Assembly (NCBI GenBank): GCA_001874255.1
Contig: MPDC01000009.1
Coordinates: forward strand, 30,490-94,489
Reading direction: 5' to 3'
Source: Alphaproteobacteria bacterium MedPE-SWcel
GTDB lineage: Bacteria > Pseudomonadota > Alphaproteobacteria > Rhodobacterales > Rhodobacteraceae
Length of the DNA stretch: 64,000 nt
Shown here piece after piece: positions 57,077 through 64,000 of this stretch (within the stretch, counting starts at the first letter, position 1; each line of letters begins with the position of its first letter). The notes beneath the pieces are model-generated. The model was not told the DNA's origin and ran no database searches. It saw only the letters and a program-made list of their open reading frames with translations. A program made the translations under genes and the position numbers.

Positions 57077-57496
57077 ATGCTGCAGATTAGCGATGATATC
57101 ACCCTTCAGGACTGGGAACTGACCGAGAGCTTCATGCGCGCCTCCGGGCCGGGCGGGCAGAACGTCAACAAGGTGTCCTCCGCCGTCGAGCTGCGGTTCG
57201 AGGCAGAGCGATCCCCGCATTTGCCCGCCCCTGTCAAAACCCGCCTGCGGCGGATCGCCGGTCGGCGCTGGACCAAGGACGGCGCGGTCATCCTGCAATG
57301 CGACGAAACCCGGTCTCAGGTGCGCAATCGCGAAATCATACGGGAACGGCTGGCCGATCTGATCCGGCAGGCCTTGGTCAAACCGAAACGCCGCATTGCG
57401 ACCAAACCCACCCGCGGCAGTGTCGAACGTCGCATCAAGGCGAAAAAGACCCGCGCCGGCGTCAAATCCCTGCGCGGCCGTGTCGACGGGGAATGA
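57077..57496 (+). CDS. arfB: Alternative ribosome rescue factor B (peptidyl-tRNA hydrolase)
   Basis: RASGPGGQNVNK, RSQVRNR, and basic C-terminal tail KPKRRIATKPTRGSVERRIKAKK. Confidence 0.95.
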   Translation: MLQISDDITLQDWELTESFMRASGPGGQNVNKVSSAVELRFEAERSPHLPAPVKTRLRRIAGRRWTKDGAVILQCDETRSQVRNREIIRERLADLIRQALVKPKRRIATKPTRGSVERRIKAKKTRAGVKSLRGRVDGE

Positions 57497-57578
57497 TCTG
57501 CCGACCGCAGCCCCCTTGCACAGGACACATCTCCGCGTCATCCTCCCGCAAAAGACGATTTGAACGGGAGGACATGCC

Positions 57579-58325
57579 ATGCGGCTCAGAGGTAAAACGG
57601 CGATTGTGACCGGCGGAGCATCCGGTTTCGGCAAAGGCATCGTCGAGGCCTTTTTGCGCGAAGGGGCTCATGTGATGATCGCAGATATCAACGGACCAGC
57701 TGCCGCCGATCTGGCACTGTCAGCCGGCGGCGCGGCGCATGCGCAGACCGTCGATGTCAGCAACCGCGCCTCGGTCCAGGAGATGGCAGAGGCCGCGCTT
57801 GCGCAATTCGGCCACGTCGACATCCTGGTCAACAACGCAGGCGTCACCCACCTGCCCACGCCGCTGGATCAGGTCTCCGAAGAAGATTTTGACCGCGTCG
57901 TGAACGTCAACATGAAATCGGTCTACCTGACCGCACAAGCGCTTGTTCCCCATATGAAACAACGCGGAACAGGCGCCATCCTGAACGTTGCCTCCACCGC
58001 CGGGGTGTCCCCGCGCCCGAACCTCAACTGGTACAATGCGTCCAAGGGCTGGATGATCACAGCCACCCGCACCATGGCCGTGGAACTCGCCCCCGCAGGC
58101 GTGCGCGTCAATGCGCTCAACCCGGTTGCAGGCGACACCCCGCTGCTGAAATCCTTCATGGGCGAGGACACCCCGGAGATGCGGGCGAAATTCCTGTCGA
58201 CGATTCCGATCGGTCGTTTCTCAACCCCCGAGGACATGGGCAATGCCGCGCTGTATCTATGTTCGGACGAGGCCAGCATGGTCACCGGCGTCTGCATGGA
58301 GGTCGATGGCGGGCGTTGTATCTGA
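57579..58325 (+). CDS. Short-chain dehydrogenase/reductase (FabG-like)
   Basis: TGGASGFG, NNAG, and catalytic S...YNASK. Confidence 0.92.
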   Translation: MRLRGKTAIVTGGASGFGKGIVEAFLREGAHVMIADINGPAAADLALSAGGAAHAQTVDVSNRASVQEMAEAALAQFGHVDILVNNAGVTHLPTPLDQVSEEDFDRVVNVNMKSVYLTAQALVPHMKQRGTGAILNVASTAGVSPRPNLNWYNASKGWMITATRTMAVELAPAGVRVNALNPVAGDTPLLKSFMGEDTPEMRAKFLSTIPIGRFSTPEDMGNAALYLCSDEASMVTGVCMEVDGGRCI

Positions 58326-58449
58326 CGACGACGGCCGCATCGTGCCAAACGGCGCGTCAGCGCTGAACCTGCGCGGCCCGGCACGGGCCGCACCGCTGGA
58401 AAACCTGCAACCTTGCCCCGCCCACCGCAAAAAGGAAGGACTCCCCCTC

Positions 58450-59469
58450 ATGACGCCCGGCCCCAGGAACCTGATCACCGATGTCACCGGCCTGCGCGTC
58501 GGAAACGCCGCCGATGCCGCGCTCAAATCAGGCACCACGGTCCTCACCGCCGATCACCCCTTCACGGCGGCGGTCCACATCATGGGCGGCGCCCCCGGCA
58601 CCCGGGAAACCGACCTTCTCGCGCCGGACAAAACGGTACAGGCGGTGGATGCATTGGTGCTTTCCGGAGGCTCCGCCTATGGGCTTGACGCCTGTTCCGG
58701 CGTTGTGGCGGGGCTGCGTGCCATGGGGCGCGGCTTTCGCCTCGGGCCGGCCATCGTGCCCATCGTGCCCGGTGCCATCATCTTTGACCTGCTGAACGGC
58801 GGCAACAAGGACTGGCAGGAAAATCCCTATCCGGCGCTCGGACGCGCGGCACTGGAGGCCGCCACCGAGACGTTCGCCCTTGGCTCCACCGGCGCAGGCA
58901 TCGGTGCACTGACAGGCATGCAAAAGGGCGGCCTTGGCTCCGCATCTCTGGTGCTGGACAGCGGCCACACTGTCGGCGCGCTGGTGGTGGCCAATCCGAT
59001 CGGCTCCGTCACCACCCCCGGTGAACGCCATTTCTGGGCCGCTCCCTTTGAAATCGGAGATGAGTTCGGAGGGCTCGGTCCCGATCCCTCCGGCGGGCTT
59101 GGCCGCAGTCTGCGCAGTCGCAAGCTGGAGGCCATGGCAGATCTGGCCGGACAGCCGATTTCCTCGGACGGATCCAATACCACCATCGCAATTGTCGCCA
59201 CGGATGCGATCCTCACCAAGGCCGAGGCCCAGCGCATGGCGACCGCCGCTCATGACGGTATGGCCCGGGCCATCGTCCCCTCGCACGGGCCGCACGATGG
59301 CGATCTTGTGTTCACCGCCGCCACCGGCACCCGGCCGCTTGCGGATCCGGCATCCGAGATGCTGGGCCTGTGCCACGCAGCGTCGCTCTGCCTTGCGCGG
59401 GCCATTGCACGGGCCGTTTTTGCAGCCCGCCCCGCCGAAGGCGACATCCTGCCCTGCTGGACTGCCTGA
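58450..59469 (+). CDS. P1/S58 (DmpA-like) aminopeptidase
   Basis: GGAPGTRETDLL, LSGGSAYGLDA, N|TTIAIVATDA autoprocessing site and DGDLVF. Confidence 0.88.
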   Translation: MTPGPRNLITDVTGLRVGNAADAALKSGTTVLTADHPFTAAVHIMGGAPGTRETDLLAPDKTVQAVDALVLSGGSAYGLDACSGVVAGLRAMGRGFRLGPAIVPIVPGAIIFDLLNGGNKDWQENPYPALGRAALEAATETFALGSTGAGIGALTGMQKGGLGSASLVLDSGHTVGALVVANPIGSVTTPGERHFWAAPFEIGDEFGGLGPDPSGGLGRSLRSRKLEAMADLAGQPISSDGSNTTIAIVATDAILTKAEAQRMATAAHDGMARAIVPSHGPHDGDLVFTAATGTRPLADPASEMLGLCHAASLCLARAIARAVFAARPAEGDILPCWTA

Positions 59470-59511
59470 TCTGCCGGAGTGACCGATCTGCCAGACTGCC
59501 TGATCTGCAAG
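59461..59511. repeat. Tandem array 3 x 17 bp (ACTGCCTGATCTGCCRG)
   Basis: ACTGCCTGATCTGCCGG / AGTGACCGATCTGCCAG / ACTGCCTGATCTGCAAG; first unit contains the peptidase stop codon. Confidence 0.8.
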
Positions 59512-59639
59512 TCTTTTGGCACGATCTGCAATTGATATCCAATACTGCGCTCACCAGCTGTCTGTTATGTCGCGTTGACTTTGCTTCGGGATCACTCCGA
59601 ACCTGAAACCAGCCACAAGACCACACAGGAGCCAGTTTT

Positions 59640-60089
59640 ATGACACGTTTTTCAGCTGCCGCAGTGCTCGCCTGCCTCGCGAGCGCCGCTCTGGCAGACG
59701 GCGACGCCGCCAAGGGCGAGAAAGCCTTCAACAAATGCAAGTCCTGTCACCAGATCGTCTCTGACGCAGGGGACACTATCGTCAAGGGCGGCAGGACCGG
59801 CCCCAATCTTTTTGCCATCACCGGCCGCAGCGCCGGCACGGTTGAGGGATTTCGCTACGGGGACGATCTGGTCGCTGCAGGCGAGGTCGGCCTCACCTGG
59901 ACCGAAGCGCAATTTGTCTCCTACCTCGAAGACCCCCGCGGGTTCCTGAAATCCTATCTCGACGACAGCAGCGCCAAGTCGAAAATGTCCTTTCGCCTGA
60001 AAAAGGGCGGCGCGGACGTCTACGCCTACCTGTCTCAATTCGGCACGACACCAGCGGGCGAAGAGGCGCAAGACGGCGCCACCGACTAG
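59640..60089 (+). CDS. Periplasmic cytochrome c2/c550
   Basis: Signal peptide ALA-D, heme motif CKSCH, GRTGPNL, and axial Met in KSKMSF. Confidence 0.92.
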   Translation: MTRFSAAAVLACLASAALADGDAAKGEKAFNKCKSCHQIVSDAGDTIVKGGRTGPNLFAITGRSAGTVEGFRYGDDLVAAGEVGLTWTEAQFVSYLEDPRGFLKSYLDDSSAKSKMSFRLKKGGADVYAYLSQFGTTPAGEEAQDGATD

Positions 60090-60280
60090 AGCCGACGCCA
60101 ACTAGCCCACGCCAACCGCCCCCCCTCGGCTCTGTCCGATGCACGCCGCGCAGTCAGGATCGCGGCGTGTTGCATCACGGTCCGTGGCCTTGAGTTCTGT
60201 CCTGTTTTGCCCTAGATGACCGCCTTTCCGCGCCACCTTGAGCCACTCAGAAGGGTGCCAGACATGCAAACAGGATCATC

Positions 60281-60835
60281 ATGCCAGACCGTCGCCGCGA
60301 TCTGATCCCCGCCTGGGTCAATGGAGAGCTGACCCCTGTGGACAAGCTGCGCGCCCACCAGCAGGGATTGCGACACAAGGCGGTCTCCGTTTTCGTGGTG
60401 CAGGGGCGCGAAATCCTGATGCAACGGCGTGCGATGGGAAAATACCACACACCCGGCCTCTGGGCGAACACCTGTTGTACGCATCCCATGTGGCAGGAGG
60501 CCTCTGACATCTGCGCCCGGCGACGGCTGCAGGAGGAGCTCGGCCTGAGCGGCCTGCAGCCGCAATACCGTCACAGGCTGGAATATCGCGCCGATGTGGG
60601 CGGCGGGTTGACCGAGCATGAAGTGGTCGATGTCTATCTTGCGCATATGCACGCGCCCATCGACATGACCCCGGACCCCGAAGAAGTGATGGAGACCCGC
60701 TGGGTGGACTATCACGACCTACTGGCCGAGGTGGCCCGCCATCCGGATCGGTTCACCCCCTGGCTGAAGATCTACCTGGCCGATCATGCGGATGTCATTT
60801 TCGACCCGGATCTGATTGTCGCAAAAGGGCCCTGA
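60281..60835 (+). CDS. idi: Isopentenyl-diphosphate delta-isomerase (type I, Nudix-like)
   Basis: GLRHKAVSVF, KYHTPGLWANTCCTHP, RRLQEELG, EHE and FTPW. Confidence 0.93.
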   Translation: MPDRRRDLIPAWVNGELTPVDKLRAHQQGLRHKAVSVFVVQGREILMQRRAMGKYHTPGLWANTCCTHPMWQEASDICARRRLQEELGLSGLQPQYRHRLEYRADVGGGLTEHEVVDVYLAHMHAPIDMTPDPEEVMETRWVDYHDLLAEVARHPDRFTPWLKIYLADHADVIFDPDLIVAKGP

Positions 60836-60894
60836 GCCCCGCTTGCCTTTCCTGCGCAGAGCGTGATTTGATATCGCTCGGGAGGACAGACAAC

Positions 60895-62151
60895 ATGACG
60901 GTATTGATTGCAGGCGGCGGCATCGCGGGCCTCACGCTCGGGCTGACGTTGCACCAGATCGGCGTCCCGTTTCGCGTCTTCGAGGCGACGCAAACGCTGA
61001 AACCCATGGGCGTGGGCATCAACCTGCAACCCAACGCCGTCCGCGAGCTGTTCGACCTTGGGCTGGAGGCCGATCTGGACGCCATTGGCGTTCGCACCCG
61101 CAGTCTCGGTTTCTACTCCAAACTCGGCCACACCATCTGGGAGGAACCCCGCGGTATGGCCGCAGGCTACGCCTGGCCTCAGTTCTCGGTTCATCGGGGC
61201 GCATTGCAGATGCTGCTCTACAGGACGCTGGTCGCGCGCGCCGGCGCCGAGGTGATCGAAACCGGCGCGCGGGCCACCGGTTGGGAAGATGCAGGAAACC
61301 GTGTGATCCTGCATCTCGACGGCAGACGCCAGGAGACCGGGAGCCTCCTGCTGGCGGCCGATGGCATTCACTCCGCCCTGCGTGCGCAGATCTGTCCGCA
61401 GGAAGGCCCGCCGATCTGGGACGGTCGCATCCTGTGGCGGGCCACCACCCGGGCGCCTTTGGTGCGCGGCGAAGGCGCCATGATGATGATTGGCCACGAC
61501 GCCCTGCGGTTTGTCTCCTATCCGATTTCCGCGCCCGACGAGAATGGCATCGCGACCCTGAACTGGATCGCCGAAAAGCGGTTCGATCCCGACAGCGCCT
61601 TCCAGCGCGAGGATTGGAACCGGGCCGTCGAGGCCGAGCGTTTTATCGACGAGTTTTCAAAGTGGCGTTTTGACTGGATCGATGTGCCCGCCCTGATCCG
61701 CGGTGCTGCGCGTATCTACGAATATCCGATGGTGGACCGCGATCCGCTGCCGCAATGGACGTTCGGGCGCTGCTCGCTGATGGGGGATGCGGCGCATCCG
61801 ACCTATCCGATTGGCTCCAACGGCGCGAGTCAGGCTATCCTCGACGCCCGCGTCATCGGCGCACGATTGCTGGAACACGGGATCACCAAAGCCGCACTGG
61901 ACGCCTACGAGCGCGAAATGCGCCCGGCGGCGACCCGCATCGGCCTTGCGAACCGCTCCGGCAACGGACCCGACGCCGTGCTGCAACAGGTGGAAACCCT
62001 CTGCGGCGGCGATTTTGAGATCATCGACAGCATTATCCCTCGGGCTGACCTTGCCGCCCATGCAGCCAAATACAAGGCGATCTCCGGCTTCTCCATCGAC
62101 GAGCTGAATGCCCAGCCCCGTACGATTGCAGAGGGCCTGCGTCTGACCTGA
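60895..62151 (+). CDS. FAD-dependent monooxygenase/oxidoreductase (salicylate hydroxylase-like)
   Basis: IAGGGIAG, AADGIHS, GDAAHPTYPIGSNGASQAI; GGAGGA RBS. Confidence 0.88.
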   Translation: MTVLIAGGGIAGLTLGLTLHQIGVPFRVFEATQTLKPMGVGINLQPNAVRELFDLGLEADLDAIGVRTRSLGFYSKLGHTIWEEPRGMAAGYAWPQFSVHRGALQMLLYRTLVARAGAEVIETGARATGWEDAGNRVILHLDGRRQETGSLLLAADGIHSALRAQICPQEGPPIWDGRILWRATTRAPLVRGEGAMMMIGHDALRFVSYPISAPDENGIATLNWIAEKRFDPDSAFQREDWNRAVEAERFIDEFSKWRFDWIDVPALIRGAARIYEYPMVDRDPLPQWTFGRCSLMGDAAHPTYPIGSNGASQAILDARVIGARLLEHGITKAALDAYEREMRPAATRIGLANRSGNGPDAVLQQVETLCGGDFEIIDSIIPRADLAAHAAKYKAISGFSIDELNAQPRTIAEGLRLT

Positions 62152-62202
62152 CGACTGAGACGATGCGCTGACCCGGGCCCGAAATCATTCGCGGACCCAG
62201 TG

Positions 62203-62290
62203 CCGGGTGCCCCCGCCGCGCCAGCGGCGCCCGGCCCAACTGGCGAGGTTGCATTTCAATGCAATCGAGACGGGCGGGAGCCCCCCGCCC
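62203..62290 (+). repeat. Dispersed palindromic (REP-like) element, copy 2
   Basis: 62234-62280 matches 24339-24386 with one substitution and one T indel; flanked by hairpins CCGGGTGC...GCGCCCGG and GGGCGGG...CCCGCCC. Confidence 0.85.
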
Positions 62291-62394
62291 TTCTCCGTTT
62301 TCGCGCTCCAGTCTGCCTCCCGGTGTGGTCCCCCAGGTGGGCGTCAGTGTCCCCCGTCGCGCGCCTGCCGCCCACCTGCGATCCTCGCCTGCCG

Positions 62395-63879
62395 TCAGAC
62401 CCCGATCACCGCCTGAACCGTGCGTTTCCAGCGGGCATAGGCCGCCTCGCGACGCTCCTCTTCCAGCATCGGTTTGAACTCTCGGTCCAACGCCCAGGTC
62501 GCCGCAAACCCGGCCTGGTCGGGATAGACACCCGCCTTCATACCCGCCAGCCACGCCGCGCCCAGCGCGGTGGTTTCCTGCATCACTGGCCGATCCACTT
62601 CGGCGCCCAGAATATCCGCCAGGCTCTGCATGGCCCAGTCGCTGGCACTCATGCCGCCGTCCACCCGCAGCGTGACATGAGTGTCGCCGTCCCAATCCGC
62701 CCGCATTGCCTCCCAGAGGTCCCGGGTCTGATAGGCGACGCTCTGCAGGGCGGCCCGGGCAAATTCTGCCGGACCGGAGTTCCGCGTGAGGCCAAACATG
62801 CCGCCGCGACATTCCGGCTCCCAATAGGGGGCACCAAGACCGGTAAAGGCGGGCACCAGGATCACATCCTGCGCCGGATCCGCCTTGTCGGCCAATACGC
62901 CGGACTCGCTGGCCTTGCCGATAATCCCGAGACCATCACGCAGCCATTGAACGGCAGCCCCCGCGATGAAAATCGACCCTTCCAACGCATAGGTCGGCAC
63001 CCCGTCCAGCTGATAGGCGATGGTCGTCAGCATACGGTTTTTCGACAGAACCGGCGTATCCCCGGTATTAAGCAGCGCGAAACATCCGGTCCCATAGGTG
63101 GATTTCATCATCCCCGGCTGGAAACACGTCTGCCCTACAGTCGCCGCCTGCTGATCGCCTGCGACACCCAGGATCGGCACCGCCCCACCCAGCACTTCAT
63201 CGGTCGTGACCCCAAAATCGTCGGCACAATCGCGCACATCGGGCAACATCGACTGCGGCACGCCGAGCATCTCGCAGATCTCGGCACTCCATTCCCCCGC
63301 GCGAATATCGTACATCAGGGTACGGGCGGCATTGGTCGCATCCGTCACATGTGCCGCGCCGCCGGTCAGCCTCCAGATCAGGAAACTGTCAATGGTGCCG
63401 AACAACAACTCGCCCGCCTGTGCCTGGCTCCGGGCGCCGTCAACGGTGTCCAGAATCCACTTCACCTTGGTGCCTGAGAAATACGGATCGAGCAGCAGGC
63501 CGGTGGTTTCGCGCACCATCTCCTCCTGCCCGTCGTCGCGCAGGGATTCGCAGATCTGTGCGGTCCGGCGATCCTGCCAGACGATGGCGTTGTGGATCGC
63601 CTTGCCGGTCGATTTCTCCCAGACGACCGTGGTTTCGCGCTGGTTGGTGATGCCGATACCGGCGATGTCAGACGCCGAGATCCCTTTGTCCGCCAGTACC
63701 TTGCGGCAGGTTGAAACCGTTGTGGACCACAGATCCTCGGGGTCATGTTCAACCCATCCGGCCTGCGGATAGTGTTGGGGAAACTCCTCCTGAGCGAGTG
63801 CTGCAACCTGCATATCGGCATCAAACAGAATTGCGCGGGTCGAGGTCGTCCCCTGATCGATCGCAAGAATATATGTCAT
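62395..63879 (-). CDS. glpK: Glycerol kinase
   Basis: [41 protein letters not shown] and RVDGG. Confidence 0.97.
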   Translation of the reverse strand: MTYILAIDQGTTSTRAILFDADMQVAALAQEEFPQHYPQAGWVEHDPEDLWSTTVSTCRKVLADKGISASDIAGIGITNQRETTVVWEKSTGKAIHNAIVWQDRRTAQICESLRDDGQEEMVRETTGLLLDPYFSGTKVKWILDTVDGARSQAQAGELLFGTIDSFLIWRLTGGAAHVTDATNAARTLMYDIRAGEWSAEICEMLGVPQSMLPDVRDCADDFGVTTDEVLGGAVPILGVAGDQQAATVGQTCFQPGMMKSTYGTGCFALLNTGDTPVLSKNRMLTTIAYQLDGVPTYALEGSIFIAGAAVQWLRDGLGIIGKASESGVLADKADPAQDVILVPAFTGLGAPYWEPECRGGMFGLTRNSGPAEFARAALQSVAYQTRDLWEAMRADWDGDTHVTLRVDGGMSASDWAMQSLADILGAEVDRPVMQETTALGAAWLAGMKAGVYPDQAGFAATWALDREFKPMLEEERREAAYARWKRTVQAVIGV

Positions 63880-64000
63880 CGGCTCGCCTCCTGGTCATCC
63901 GTTGGAGCGGAGATTAGACATAAATCGGCGAGCGCGGCCAGACCTGAGTCGGACCCCTGCCGACAGGTGTCCGACAAGGGCGGCGGCTCAGACAGGAATA

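Noticed and set aside
59517-59530. Sigma54 promoter TGGCACG...TGCA before cytochrome c (also 45789)
   Set aside because: GG-to-GC spacing is N8 rather than N10; at 45789 the -12 GC is absent.
59531-59545. FnrL site before cytochrome c
   Set aside because: Only the TTGAT half matches; the second half is AATAC, not ATCAA.
1-64000. tRNA, rRNA, tmRNA, RNase P, SRP, IS, integrase or prophage genes
   Set aside because: No T-arm GGTTCRA.TCC pattern, RNase P GAGGAAAGTCC, transposase, integrase or phage motifs were noticed; a tRNAscan/cmscan run would be the definitive test.

Overview
A 64-kb, high-GC, gene-dense chromosomal segment from an alphaproteobacterium. Gene content, order and regulatory motifs point to Rhodobacterales / Roseobacter group (inference). 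It is mostly core genome: sthA (5'-partial), zapE, folC-accD, ada, gpmI-envC-ctpA, dnaE2, polA, a MoxR/DUF58/BatA-DUF4159/vWA operon, alpha-2-macroglobulin-pbpC, a hybrid histidine kinase, yaaA-recQ-yggT, mepA, a VUT-family queuosine-precursor transporter, arfB, cytochrome c2, idi and glpK. I saw no rRNA, tRNA, CRISPR array, transposase, integrase or phage genes. The most interesting signals lie outside the ORF track. (1) A base-by-base match to a class I preQ1 riboswitch sits directly before the VUT transporter. (2) Just downstream is an unannotated ~190-nt unit with an 18-codon ORF. Its ribosome-binding site is a 16-nt perfect complement of the 16S 3' end, it can be sequestered by a long-range 3' anti-SD strand, and a terminator and tandem array follow. 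(3) dnaE2 has a LexA box, stands alone without imuA/imuB and lacks the C-terminal OB region. (4) An ABC exporter with a degenerate, interrupted ATPase domain is fused to a cNMP-binding domain and faces three uncharacterised genes. (5) A multi-hairpin element is inserted in frame at the start of pbpC. (6) There are several REP-like dispersed elements and 14-17-bp intergenic tandem arrays. All calls come from reading the sequence; no database searches were run.
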